Below, one piece after another: positions 1 through 10,280 of a DNA stretch of 64,000 bases. The notes beneath the pieces are model-generated. The model searched no databases, was not told the origin of the DNA, and saw only the letters and a list, made by a program, of their open reading frames with translations. Every line of letters begins with the position of its first letter. Within the stretch, counting starts at the first letter, position 1. The DNA is from an uncultured Clostridia bacterium (GTDB lineage: Bacteria > Bacillota > Clostridia > TANB77 > CAG-465), in contig CALXEQ010000006.1 in NCBI GenBank assembly GCA_944387375.1, positions 9,066-73,065 on the forward strand, in the 5' to 3' direction. The translations under genes were made by a program, and so were the position numbers.

Positions 1-6
1 AATCTA

Positions 7-594
7 GTGAGGTGTAATATGTCTTTTATATGGTCTACTTTTTTAATAATATGCATAGTTTTTTCATGTATTTTCTTAAGTCCACAAGTTGTTGTGGAAT
101 CTATTTCTAATAGCTCAAAAGGAGCGATAGAAAACATATTTGTTATTGCAAGTATGTTAATATTTTGGAGTGGAATGTTTAATATATTATCTAATTGTGA
201 TTTTTTAAGTAAATTTTCAAAAAAAATATATGGCTTTTTCTCCTTTTTATTTAAAAAAGATGAGGTAAGTGAAAAGGCAAAAGAATATATTAGCTTGAAT
301 ATTATTTCAAATTTAATGGGAGTAGGAAATGCAGCGACAGTAAACAGTTTAAAAGGTATAGAAGAGCTTCAAAAAAATAATAGAGATAAGAAAAAATTAA
401 ATAGATCTATGGCAACTTTTATAGTTTTAAATACAGCTTCAATGCAAATAATACCAACTAGTATGATATCACTTAGGACTTTATATAATTCACAAAATCC
501 AAGTCAAATTATTTTACCGGTTATAAGTGTATCAGTTATTTCACTTATAGTAGCACTTATATCTTTGAGAATAATGTGGAGATATTATGAGTAA
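7..594 (+). CDS. spmA: Spore maturation protein A (true start may be ATG at 19)
   Basis: Hydrophobic protein with NLMGVGNAAT and LNTASMQIIPTS motifs typical of SpmA; overlaps the spmB start. Confidence 0.85.
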   Translation: MRCNMSFIWSTFLIICIVFSCIFLSPQVVVESISNSSKGAIENIFVIASMLIFWSGMFNILSNCDFLSKFSKKIYGFFSFLFKKDEVSEKAKEYISLNIISNLMGVGNAATVNSLKGIEELQKNNRDKKKLNRSMATFIVLNTASMQIIPTSMISLRTLYNSQNPSQIILPVISVSVISLIVALISLRIMWRYYE

Positions 595-1072
595 TTATAT
601 TGTACCATTATTTATTTTAATTATAATATTAGTTGGAATTTTTGAAAGAAGAAACGTATACTCATTATTTATAGAGGGAGCAAAAGAAGGATTAAAAACA
701 GTATATAACATATTTCCTTATATATTTGCGATAACTATAATTTCAGGTCTTCTAAATGATACTAAAATACTTGAAAATATTTCTATTTTTGGAATAACAG
801 GTAATTTACTTCCTTTAATATTAATGAAGCCTTTGTCTGGTGGGGCATCAACATCTATAGTGGTAGATATTTTTAAAAATATTGGACCTGATACTTTTAT
901 TGGACTTGTAGCATCAATACTTATGGCGTCTACTGAAACAACATTATATGTGATATCTATTTTATCTAGTAAAGTAAAAATAAAAGATTTAAAGATAGTA
1001 ATTATAGCGGGACTTATTGGTGATTTGGTAGCGGTTATATCTACAATAATAATAGTAAATTTTATATTTTAA
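587..1072 (+). CDS. spmB: Spore maturation protein B
   Basis: VYSLFIEGAKEG, KPLSGGAS and STETTLYV motifs; paired with spmA. Confidence 0.88.
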   Translation: MSNYIVPLFILIIILVGIFERRNVYSLFIEGAKEGLKTVYNIFPYIFAITIISGLLNDTKILENISIFGITGNLLPLILMKPLSGGASTSIVVDIFKNIGPDTFIGLVASILMASTETTLYVISILSSKVKIKDLKIVIIAGLIGDLVAVISTIIIVNFIF

Positions 1073-1112
1073 AAAAGAAAAACTCTAGATTTATTTCTAG
1101 AGCTTTTCTTTT
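1073..1112. terminator. Bidirectional intrinsic terminator
   Basis: AGAAAAACTCTAGA...TCTAGAGCTTTTCT hairpin with A/T tails between convergent genes. Confidence 0.7.
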
Positions 1113-1118
1113 GTATAG

Positions 1119-1778
1119 TTAAAGATTATGGAAGTTGCCAGTTAATAATATATTATCTTTTGATGATGTATGAATTACAATTTCTGTATTTTCAAATGTA
1201 CTTGGTATATCCAATATTTCAAGTGTTGCTATATCTGAATCTAAATTATCTATGTCAATGTAATTATATAGTGAGTCAGCATTTTCAAATAGTGCTAGTA
1301 CATTATCTGTAGTTTTCGGTATTAAAGTATATTTCATTACAACTTTAGTTTCTGTACATTGTTCATCTTCTATTATTTTTATATTAATAGTTGAATCATC
1401 CATATTAGTTATTTTTAATTTAGAATCAAATGAATAATCTATATAATCTTCATTAGGTGTTTGAAGATATTGTATTACATCATCATTATATAGTATTTTA
1501 TTTACACCATAATTAAACAAGCTAAATATTATTCCAAAGAATACTACTATACCTGTTAAAATAATTCCCCAAAAATCATATTTTACTTCAATATCATTTT
1601 TATTAGAATAGTATATAATTTCAATACCTAGCGAAATTATTATTAGTGGCCATAGCATTAAGACATATTTTAAAATGTCTAAAGTAAATAGCGTTTGAAT
1701 AACTAAAGAGATACCAAATAGTATTAATGCAATACCAAAAGTTGTTCTACCAATTATTTTTCTTTTTTTATTTTCCAT
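1119..1778 (-). CDS. Membrane protein with a LiaF/DUF5668-like N-terminus and an extracytoplasmic C-terminal domain
   Basis: GRTTFGIALILFG...LWPLIIISLGIE transmembrane pattern; last gene of the ECF operon. Confidence 0.55.
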   Translation of the reverse strand: MENKKRKIIGRTTFGIALILFGISLVIQTLFTLDILKYVLMLWPLIIISLGIEIIYYSNKNDIEVKYDFWGIILTGIVVFFGIIFSLFNYGVNKILYNDDVIQYLQTPNEDYIDYSFDSKLKITNMDDSTINIKIIEDEQCTETKVVMKYTLIPKTTDNVLALFENADSLYNYIDIDNLDSDIATLEILDIPSTFENTEIVIHTSSKDNILLTGNFHNL

Positions 1779-1793
1779 ATATTTATCCTCCTA

Positions 1794-2291
1794 CTATTTT
1801 CTACCTATTAATTTAATTCCAATAACTATAGATAAAGCTGCAATTGCAATAGGAGTTATATATGAGCTTAATGTATATAGCATATTACTTACTATTCTTA
1901 AATCTAAATCATAGAATAATTGTGGTAGTATATTGGAAATTATAATATATAGTCCTATAAACACAAGAATAATACCTATTAATTTTTTGTTATTAGAAAT
2001 ATTAAGAGAATTTTTTACAGAGTCTAAATTAAAATCATTCCATATAAAATTATCTTCGATTTTTTCCTCTTTTGAAAAAGAATTTCTAATATAAAATGTA
2101 TCAAAGAAGCTATATATATATATTACTGGTAATGGTATTATAAAAAGAGGAATTGAAACAGTTCCAAATATTGCAGCAAAAGCAGAAAATAATATCAATA
2201 TAGATAATCCTCTTTTCATATATCCTTGGTACATTTGTCCTGCACCTGGTACAAAGCTAAAGCAAAATGTTAAAAATATATTTTTCTTCAT
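1794..2291 (-). CDS. Multi-pass membrane protein of the ECF sigma operon
   Basis: FSFVPGAGQMYQG TM2-like motif and several TM helices. Confidence 0.55.
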   Translation of the reverse strand: MKKNIFLTFCFSFVPGAGQMYQGYMKRGLSILILFSAFAAIFGTVSIPLFIIPLPVIYIYSFFDTFYIRNSFSKEEKIEDNFIWNDFNLDSVKNSLNISNNKKLIGIILVFIGLYIIISNILPQLFYDLDLRIVSNMLYTLSSYITPIAIAALSIVIGIKLIGRK

Positions 2292-2695
2292 TATTCTTCT
2301 CCCCTTTCTATATTTATTTGTTTAAACATAAATTGATTAATTTTTCTGTAAAAATCGTTTGTGTTAATGGTAAAGTATGTTTTTGGCTCTTCATTTTGAG
2401 CCATGACACTTTCTGGTGGCAGTGACATAACTTGCCATAATAGTACAGAAAGTATAGTACACGCAGCGATTTTTAATATATCAATTGGTTTAAACTTTTT
2501 GACTTTAGAATTTTGTTTATCTACATTTTTTGATTTACTATTTTTAATATAATTTAAAATGTTATTTTCTAGATTATCTGGTGTTTTTATATCAATGTCT
2601 TTTTCTATGCTATTTATATAAGTATCAAAAGCATTCTTGTTATTTAGAATTGTATTTATTATATCTAATTGTTCATTTTTTTCTACTTCTTTCAT
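2291..2695 (-). CDS. Putative anti-sigma factor (single TM)
   Basis: Overlaps the ECF sigma stop (ATGA); P-x-x-L-x-x-x-I linker followed by one TM helix. Confidence 0.6.
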   Translation of the reverse strand: MKEVEKNEQLDIINTILNNKNAFDTYINSIEKDIDIKTPDNLENNILNYIKNSKSKNVDKQNSKVKKFKPIDILKIAACTILSVLLWQVMSLPPESVMAQNEEPKTYFTINTNDFYRKINQFMFKQINIERGEE

Positions 2696-3216
2696 GATAT
2701 ATAACCACCTCCATTATCAATTTCTATTGTATTTTTAAGTATTTTTTTACCTCTGTAAAGTTGTACCTTTAAAGTAGGTTTTGCTATATTTAGCTTATCA
2801 CTAATTTCATCTAATGTAAAACTTTTTAAATAATATAAGTATAAAATATTGTTATATGGTTCCTTTAGACCATTTATTATTTTTTGTATATAATTTTCTT
2901 CTTCTTTTTTTATTATTTCTTCAAGTATATTATTATCTTCTTCATATTTTTCAAGGTCTGTACTATCATCATTTGTAAGTAATTTTAACTTATATGATTT
3001 GCTTTTTAAAAAGTCTTTGCATTTGTTAAGTGCTATTTTACAAAGAATATTTTTTATATCTTTTTCTGGTAAATTTATATATTCTTCTAGATGTAAATAA
3101 AAGCTTAAAAACACTTCTTGAGATAAATCTTGTGCATCAGGAGAAGAATTGAGCATATCATAACATATTTTATATATTAAATTTGTGTATTTTTCTACTA
3201 AATATTCAATACTCAT
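2692..3216 (-). CDS. ECF RNA polymerase sigma factor
   Basis: Region 2 (DAQDLSQEVF, IALNKCKD) and region 4 HTH (TLDEIS...TLKVQLYRG); start moved to ATG 3216 behind a GGAGG RBS. Confidence 0.9.
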   Translation of the reverse strand: MSIEYLVEKYTNLIYKICYDMLNSSPDAQDLSQEVFLSFYLHLEEYINLPEKDIKNILCKIALNKCKDFLKSKSYKLKLLTNDDSTDLEKYEEDNNILEEIIKKEEENYIQKIINGLKEPYNNILYLYYLKSFTLDEISDKLNIAKPTLKVQLYRGKKILKNTIEIDNGGGYIS

Positions 3217-3413
3217 AACTCCTCCTTCCATAAATAAACTTTACATTTAATATAACGATAAAAAATAAAAAAGATAACAAAAAAATAATAAAATTTTAAA
3301 TTTTTATAAATTTATTATCTAATTTATTTAATTATATAATAATAGTCAAGAAAAAATAGGAATATTTATATTAAATTTTCTTTTAGACTTCTTTTTTGCA
3401 AAAATATATTTTA

Positions 3414-3442
3414 TTGATTTTTTCAACATTTTTTGATATAAT
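3414..3442 (+). promoter_or_regulatory. Sigma-A promoter of mutS
   Basis: TTGATT-N17-TATAAT with extended -10 TG. Confidence 0.6.
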
Positions 3443-3468
3443 TATCTTTGTTTTAAGGGGGCAAAATA

Positions 3469-6072
3469 ATGGCTACAGTTACACCAATGATGCAAAATTA
3501 TTTAGACACAAAAGAAAAATATAAAGATTGTATTTTATTTTATAGACTTGGTGATTTTTATGAAATGTTTTTTGATGATGCTATAACTGTTAGTAAAGAG
3601 TTAGAGCTTACTTTGACTGGCAAAGATTGTGGACTTGAAGAAAGAGCTCCAATGTGTGGCATTCCACATCATGCAATAAACACCTATATTCCTAAGCTTA
3701 TAGAGAAGGGATATAAAGTAGCTATTTGTGAACAATTAGAAGATCCAAGATATGCTAAGGGAATAGTTAAAAGAGATGTTGTAAAGATTGTAACTCCTGG
3801 AACTATTACAGACTTAACAATGCTTGATGAAAAAAAGAATAATTATATTGCATGCATTTACATGGAAAGGAAAGAGTGTGCAATTTCTTTTTGTGATATA
3901 TCTACAGGAGAGTTTTTTATTTCTAGTGTTAAAGGTGTAGATGTAAATACAAAAATATTAAATGAAATTTCAAGAATTGCTCCATCTGAGATTATACTTT
4001 CAGATTCTACAAAGGAAAATGCTATATTTTTAAAGCAATTTAATAAGATTTTTAATATATATGTAAGTACATATAATAATGAAAGTAATAATGAATTTTT
4101 AAATAAAATTGTAATAAACAAAAATATAGAGTTAAGCAAACTAGAAAACGTTGCGGCAACATTGTTATTAAATTATGTAGAAGATACACAAAAGGGTTCT
4201 ATAGAGCAAATTAATAATATAGAAAAGTATGAAATAGAAAAATATATGCAACTAGATACAACAACTCGTAAAAATCTTGAAATATTAGAAGCAAACAGAG
4301 AAAAAACAAAAAAAGGTAGTCTGTTATGGGTGCTAGATGAAACAGTTACTGCAATGGGAGGAAGAGCACTAAGACATTGGCTTGAATCTCCTCTTTTAAA
4401 TATTGATGAGATAAAAAAACGTCAAAACGCAGTAGATGTATTATATAAGAGTAATATATATAGAGATGAGCTTAAGGAAATACTAAAATCTGTATATGAT
4501 ATTGAAAGATTAATTTCTAAAGTTGTAGGTGGAAGTGTAAATGCAAGAGAATTAACTTCTCTTAAAAATTCATTAATGAAATTACCACAACTAAAAAAAT
4601 TATTAGAAAAAATTTCAAATGAAACTAAAGACGAATATTTTACAGAATTCTTAGAAACTATTGATACTTTAGAAGATGTATATACATTAATAGATAAAGC
4701 TATAGTAGAAGATGCTGGTGTTACTATAAAAGAAGGCGGAATAATAAGGGATGGCTTTAGTAAGCAAGTAGATGAGTATAGAATGGCATCTTCTAAAGGA
4801 CAAGAATGGCTTATGGAACTTGAAGCAAAAGAAAAAGAACGTACGGGTATAAAAGGAAAATGGCTAAGAATAGGATATAATAGAGTATTTGGTTATTATA
4901 TAGAGGTAACAAATGCATATAAAAACCAAGTGCCAGAAGATAGATATATACGTAAGCAAACACTTGCTGGTGCAGAAAGATATGTTACAGAAGAATTAAA
5001 GGAAATAGAAGAAAAAATACTTGGTGCAAAAGAAAAACTTGTGGATGTTGAGTACGATTTATTTTGTAGAATAAGGGAAGAAGTAGCACAACAAGTAATT
5101 AGAATACAAAAAACTGCATCTATAGTATCAATTCTTGATGTACTATGTTCTTTTGCAACTGTTGCAGTAAATAATAAATATGTAAAACCTGAAATAACAC
5201 AAGATGGTGTTATAGATATAAAAAACGGAAGACATGCAGTTGTTGAAAAAGCTTTAAAAAATGAGCAATTTATACCAAATGATTCATATTTAAATAACGA
5301 ATCTGATAGATTTTTAATAATTACAGGCCCTAATATGGCTGGTAAATCTACATATATGAGACAGGTTGCATTAATTACATATATGGCTCAACTTGGATGC
5401 TTTGTACCAGCAGACAGTGCTAAAATATCAATTGTTGATAGAATATTTACTAGAATTGGTGCATCAGATGATTTAGCTATGGGGCAATCTACGTTTATGG
5501 TTGAAATGCAAGAGCTATCTAATATATTAGAAAATGCAACTAAAAATAGTCTTATAATATTAGATGAGATAGGAAGAGGAACATCTACATATGATGGACT
5601 TGCTATTGCATGGGCTACAGTTGAATACATTGCAGATAAAGAAAAAATTGGCGCAAAAACATTATTTGCAACACATTATCATGAACTTATCGAACTTGAA
5701 AGTAAAATTGAAGGAGTAAAAAATTATTCAGTTGAGGTAAAAGAAAAAGGCGATGATGTTATTTTCTTAAGAAAAATAACACCAGGTGGCGCTGATGAAT
5801 CATATGGAATATATGTAGCAAAACTTGCAGGGATAAAAAGAAGTGTAATATCACGTGCAAAAGAAATATTAAAATACCTTGAAAATGTAGATTTAGCTAA
5901 AAAAACAATAGATGAAAAAAGAAAGAAAATAACAACTGAAGAAGTACAAGTGGATATGTTTAATTATAAGATGGCAGAAGTTACAAGTATGCTTGAGAAA
6001 ATAAATTTAGATGAATTAACACCAAAAGATGCTTTGGAAGTGTTATATAAATTAAAAGAAAAATTAGATTAA
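3469..6072 (+). CDS. mutS: DNA mismatch repair protein MutS
   Basis: TPMM..Y, GDFYEMF, Walker A GPNMAGKST, DEIGRGTS, FATHYHEL. Confidence 0.98.
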   Translation: MATVTPMMQNYLDTKEKYKDCILFYRLGDFYEMFFDDAITVSKELELTLTGKDCGLEERAPMCGIPHHAINTYIPKLIEKGYKVAICEQLEDPRYAKGIVKRDVVKIVTPGTITDLTMLDEKKNNYIACIYMERKECAISFCDISTGEFFISSVKGVDVNTKILNEISRIAPSEIILSDSTKENAIFLKQFNKIFNIYVSTYNNESNNEFLNKIVINKNIELSKLENVAATLLLNYVEDTQKGSIEQINNIEKYEIEKYMQLDTTTRKNLEILEANREKTKKGSLLWVLDETVTAMGGRALRHWLESPLLNIDEIKKRQNAVDVLYKSNIYRDELKEILKSVYDIERLISKVVGGSVNARELTSLKNSLMKLPQLKKLLEKISNETKDEYFTEFLETIDTLEDVYTLIDKAIVEDAGVTIKEGGIIRDGFSKQVDEYRMASSKGQEWLMELEAKEKERTGIKGKWLRIGYNRVFGYYIEVTNAYKNQVPEDRYIRKQTLAGAERYVTEELKEIEEKILGAKEKLVDVEYDLFCRIREEVAQQVIRIQKTASIVSILDVLCSFATVAVNNKYVKPEITQDGVIDIKNGRHAVVEKALKNEQFIPNDSYLNNESDRFLIITGPNMAGKSTYMRQVALITYMAQLGCFVPADSAKISIVDRIFTRIGASDDLAMGQSTFMVEMQELSNILENATKNSLIILDEIGRGTSTYDGLAIAWATVEYIADKEKIGAKTLFATHYHELIELESKIEGVKNYSVEVKEKGDDVIFLRKITPGGADESYGIYVAKLAGIKRSVISRAKEILKYLENVDLAKKTIDEKRKKITTEEVQVDMFNYKMAEVTSMLEKINLDELTPKDALEVLYKLKEKLD

Positions 6073-6153
6073 GCACAATATTTTTGTGCTTTTTTCTATA
6101 GTTGTAAAAGTTACAAAAAAATAGTATAATTAATGTGAAAAAAGGAGAATGGT

Positions 6154-8088
6154 ATGGGAGATATAGTATTATTAGATGAACAAACAATTAATAAAATTGC
6201 AGCAGGTGAAGTTGTTGATAGACCTGCATCTATAGTAAAAGAGTTAGTAGAAAATTCAATAGATGCAAAAGCTACATCTATTAGTATAGAAATACGTAAA
6301 GGTGGAGTAAGTTATATAAAAATAATAGATAATGGTACAGGCTTTAAGTCAGATGATATAGATTTAGCTTTTGAGCGTCATGCAACAAGTAAAATAAGAA
6401 AAGAAGAAGATCTGTCAAGAATAACTTCTATGGGATTTAGAGGTGAGGCTTTAGCATCAGTTGCTGCTATTTCTAAAATAACTCTTACAACTAAAAATAT
6501 TAATGAAAGTATTGGTACAAGAGTAAGAGTAGAAGCTGGAAATATAATAGAAAAGCAGGAAATACCAGCAATAGATGGCACACAAATTGAAATACGTGAT
6601 GTCTTTTATAACGTACCAGCACGTTTTAAATTTTTAAAGAAAGATTATACAGAAGCTGGATATATAGAAGATGTTGTAACAAGAATAGCGTTATCTAATC
6701 CATATATTAGCTTTAGATATATAAATAATGGAAAAACTATAATACAAACATCTGGAACAGGAAATTTACGTGATACAATTTATGATATTTTTGGTAAAGA
6801 AATATATAATGCTGTGGTACCAATAGAATATGAGATGGCAGATATGACTGTTACTGGTATGATAGGACTTCCGTCAATTTCGAGATCTACAAGAATGCAT
6901 CAATATACATTTATAAATAATAGATATATAAAAGATAAAACAATTGCAACTGCAATAGATAAGGCTTGTGAACAAAAATTTGCAATAAATAAACATCCAT
7001 TTATTGTATGTAATTTAAAAATGAATCCCGCTTTTATAGATGTGAATGTACATCCAGCAAAACTTGAGGTAAAATTTTCAGATGAAGCTAAGGTTTTTGA
7101 TGTAATATATCATGCTGTAAGAAGTGCATTAGAAAAGAATAATAAAGAGACAAGTCCGTTTTCTATTGTAAAAAAGGAACAAAAAATTGAGCAAATATCA
7201 AAAGATTTAGTAAATAATGGTGTTATTCAAAGGGAAGAGAAAAAATTCGATTTTGAAAGTGCTACCAAAAAACTATATAATAAGCCTAGTGTACAAGTTA
7301 ATACAAATAGCTTAATAGAAAGTTTAAATGGGAAAATAGGAGATATTAATACAGAAGTCCTAGAAGAAAAAGTGGTAGATAATAATGTTGTTGAAAGTGT
7401 GGAAAACAATCACAAAATTTTAAATAAAAATGAACAAGTAGAGCAAATTGAAACTCCACAATTTAATGTGGAATCTTATGAAGAATCATCAATGCTTCAA
7501 AATGAAAAAGAGCCAATATTATATAAATATATAGGTAATGTATTTGATACATATATAATTATTCAAATAGAAGATAAGATGTATATAATTGATCAACATG
7601 CAGCTCATGAAAGATTATTATATGAGCAAATAAAAGAGGCATATTATTCTAAAGATAGACAATCGCAACTTTTACTTATTCCAATACTTGTTAAACTATC
7701 TGAAAAAGAAATGGATACTGTACTAAATAATAAAGAAATGTTTGAAAAAAGTGGATTTATGCTTGAAGAATTTGGTGATGATACAATAAAGATATCTGGA
7801 GTACCTAATATAGGATATGATATAGATTATAAGTCAATGTTTATAGATACTATTGAAGAATTACTTGGCGCAAACAAGACAGAAAAATCAGAAAAAGAGT
7901 TTAGATTTTTAGCAACTCTTGCTTGTAAAGCAGCAGTTAAAGGAAAAATGAAACTAGATACAAAAGAGCAAATAAGTCTTATTGATCAAATGGTAAAATT
8001 AGATAATCCTTTTACATGTCCTCATGGAAGACCAACAGCATATCCAATATCTAAATATGAAATAGAAAGAAAGTTTTTAAGAAAATAG
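6154..8088 (+). CDS. mutL: DNA mismatch repair protein MutL
   Basis: IAAGEVV, GFRGEAL, endonuclease motif DQHAAHER, CPHGRP. Confidence 0.98.
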   Translation: MGDIVLLDEQTINKIAAGEVVDRPASIVKELVENSIDAKATSISIEIRKGGVSYIKIIDNGTGFKSDDIDLAFERHATSKIRKEEDLSRITSMGFRGEALASVAAISKITLTTKNINESIGTRVRVEAGNIIEKQEIPAIDGTQIEIRDVFYNVPARFKFLKKDYTEAGYIEDVVTRIALSNPYISFRYINNGKTIIQTSGTGNLRDTIYDIFGKEIYNAVVPIEYEMADMTVTGMIGLPSISRSTRMHQYTFINNRYIKDKTIATAIDKACEQKFAINKHPFIVCNLKMNPAFIDVNVHPAKLEVKFSDEAKVFDVIYHAVRSALEKNNKETSPFSIVKKEQKIEQISKDLVNNGVIQREEKKFDFESATKKLYNKPSVQVNTNSLIESLNGKIGDINTEVLEEKVVDNNVVESVENNHKILNKNEQVEQIETPQFNVESYEESSMLQNEKEPILYKYIGNVFDTYIIIQIEDKMYIIDQHAAHERLLYEQIKEAYYSKDRQSQLLLIPILVKLSEKEMDTVLNNKEMFEKSGFMLEEFGDDTIKISGVPNIGYDIDYKSMFIDTIEELLGANKTEKSEKEFRFLATLACKAAVKGKMKLDTKEQISLIDQMVKLDNPFTCPHGRPTAYPISKYEIERKFLRK

Positions 8089-9030
8089 GTGAATAATGTG
8101 GAAAAAGTAATATGCATTGTAGGACCAACAGCATCAGGTAAGACAGGCCTTGCAATAGAGCTTGCAAAAAAAATAGATGCTGAGATAATTTCTGCAGATT
8201 CTATGCAAATATATAAAGGATTAGATGTTGGAACAGCTAAAGTTACAAAAGAGGAAGCTCAGGGAATTCCACATCATATGATAGATATATGTAATCCAGA
8301 TGAGAGTTTTAGCGTTGCAGATTTTAAAAGTATGTGTTATGATAAAATTAATGAAATTATAAAAAGAGGAAAAAAAGTAATTATTGCTGGTGGTACAGGA
8401 CTATATGTTAATTCCGTTGTATATGATATGAATTTTGAGGATGAAACTGAAGATTTGTCATATAGAAAAGAACTTGAAGATATAGCAAATAAAAAAGGAA
8501 AAGAATATTTATATGATATGTTAGTTAAAGTAGATAAAGAGTCTGCAAGCAAAATACATATGAATAATGTAAAAAGAGTAATTAGAGCATTAGAAATTGC
8601 TAAAAAGACTAATATGTTAAAATCTGAACATATGAAAAAAGAAAAAGAAAGAATAGAAAAAAATAGTCTTAAGTACGAATTTATTGTATTTTGTATTGAA
8701 CAAGATAGAGAATATTTATATAATAGAATAAATCTTAGAGTAGACTTAATGGTAAAGGATGGAATAGTTGATGAGGCAAAAAAAGTCTATGATATGAATT
8801 TGCCATCAAACAGTACTTGTATGCAAGCAATTGGGTACAAAGAATTTTTTCCGTATTTTGAAGGTAATATTACATTACAAGAAGCAGTAGACGAGCTAAA
8901 AAAGCAAACAAGACATTATGCTAAAAGGCAAATGACATGGTTTAATAATAAATTAAATGTTATAAAATTAGATGGAAGAAAAGATAAAAAAGAATTAGTT
9001 GATGAGATTATAAATTATATTAAAAATTAG
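8089..9030 (+). CDS. miaA: tRNA dimethylallyltransferase
   Basis: GPTASGKT, DSMQIY, GGTGLY, YAKRQMTW; conserved mutL-miaA order. Confidence 0.97.
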   Translation: MNNVEKVICIVGPTASGKTGLAIELAKKIDAEIISADSMQIYKGLDVGTAKVTKEEAQGIPHHMIDICNPDESFSVADFKSMCYDKINEIIKRGKKVIIAGGTGLYVNSVVYDMNFEDETEDLSYRKELEDIANKKGKEYLYDMLVKVDKESASKIHMNNVKRVIRALEIAKKTNMLKSEHMKKEKERIEKNSLKYEFIVFCIEQDREYLYNRINLRVDLMVKDGIVDEAKKVYDMNLPSNSTCMQAIGYKEFFPYFEGNITLQEAVDELKKQTRHYAKRQMTWFNNKLNVIKLDGRKDKKELVDEIINYIKN

Positions 9031-9039
9031 GAGAGATAT

Positions 9040-10251
9040 ATGAGTAAAGTAATTGACTTTTTAAAGTCTAATATAAAAGTAATTATTGTATTTATACTTA
9101 TTCTATGTTTTGTAATTTTCTTTTTTAGTAAAAATAGTTTAAAAAAGAAAACAACATATACTGTAATAGATGGTACGATTGAACAATCTGATGAAACAAA
9201 TTTATATGTTTTAAAAAATGAAACTTTAGTAGATTATGATTCAACTCAGCCTGTTACAGCAATTGTAGATCAAGGTAAAAGAACGTCTAAAGGTGAGGCA
9301 ATAGCTACATATAAAAGTGACAACTATGATGACAATCAAAGCCAAATAGAGAATATAGATAAGCAAATACAGACTTTGGTCAAGGATTTACCACCAACTT
9401 ATTCGGCAGATATTTCTAATATCGATAATGAAATATTGAATTATTCAACACAGATACAAAACGAAACTTCATATACTAAAATGCAAGAATATAAAGCAAA
9501 GTTAGATGAACTTGCATATAGGAAAATAACAGTGATTGCAAATTCTACACCAGATAGCTCTGCTATACGAGATTTAGTAAATCAAAGAGAGGAGCTTGTT
9601 AATATAAGTAAGCAATCTTCAAATAATATATGGTCACCAGTTTCTGGACTTGTAACATATAAAATAGATAGACTAGAGAATACATATGAATATAATAATA
9701 TTCCAAATTATGACACTCAGGAATTTGAAAATATTATATCTAAATATGATGGTACAATAAATAGTGAATTTGGAATAAAAATCGTTGATAATTATAATAT
9801 ATATTTTTTAGTTAAAACTAAAAGAGGAGATAACGATCAATATATAAAGCAGGGAACTAATTACACAATCAGAATATCTGATTTAGAAAATAAAAATATA
9901 CGTGCTACTTTAATAAAAAATATACAAAATGAAGAGTATAATTATTCATTATTTGAAATAGACAATGAAATAGATGATATAATTGACTATAGAAAATTAT
10001 CATGTGAGATTGTGTGGAATACTTTTTCTGGTATGGCAATACCTATTAATGCCATTTACACTAGTGAAGAAAAAGGATATTCTTATGTATTAATGGTATA
10101 TGGAGCAGATTATGTAGAAGTTCCAATTAAGATATTACAAAGTAGTGATAGTATAGCTATAGTAGATAATTTGACACAAGAAGAGTTAGACAATATTGGA
10201 TATACTAGAGGATTTATTTTAGAATTATATGATGAACTTGTTATACAATAA
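9040..10251 (+). CDS. Membrane-anchored HlyD/periplasmic-adaptor-like protein
   Basis: N-terminal TM and split lipoyl-like motifs (VDQGKRTSKG; IWSPVSGLV) flanking a coiled coil. Confidence 0.6.
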   Translation: MSKVIDFLKSNIKVIIVFILILCFVIFFFSKNSLKKKTTYTVIDGTIEQSDETNLYVLKNETLVDYDSTQPVTAIVDQGKRTSKGEAIATYKSDNYDDNQSQIENIDKQIQTLVKDLPPTYSADISNIDNEILNYSTQIQNETSYTKMQEYKAKLDELAYRKITVIANSTPDSSAIRDLVNQREELVNISKQSSNNIWSPVSGLVTYKIDRLENTYEYNNIPNYDTQEFENIISKYDGTINSEFGIKIVDNYNIYFLVKTKRGDNDQYIKQGTNYTIRISDLENKNIRATLIKNIQNEEYNYSLFEIDNEIDDIIDYRKLSCEIVWNTFSGMAIPINAIYTSEEKGYSYVLMVYGADYVEVPIKILQSSDSIAIVDNLTQEELDNIGYTRGFILELYDELVIQ

Positions 10252-10280
10252 AGGAGTAATTATTATTAATTACTCCTTTT
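10250..10280. terminator. Bidirectional intrinsic terminator
   Basis: AAGGAGTAATTA-ttat-TAATTACTCCTT hairpin between convergent genes. Confidence 0.75.

Noticed and set aside
4741-4755. Possible AGG reassignment or frameshifting
   Set aside because: AGG occurs in frame in uninterrupted genes at Arg/Lys-compatible positions (e.g. MutS IIRDGF, SpmA SLRT)
9031-9040. Absence of hfq after miaA
   Set aside because: Loss or relocation of hfq is common and cannot be judged from one window
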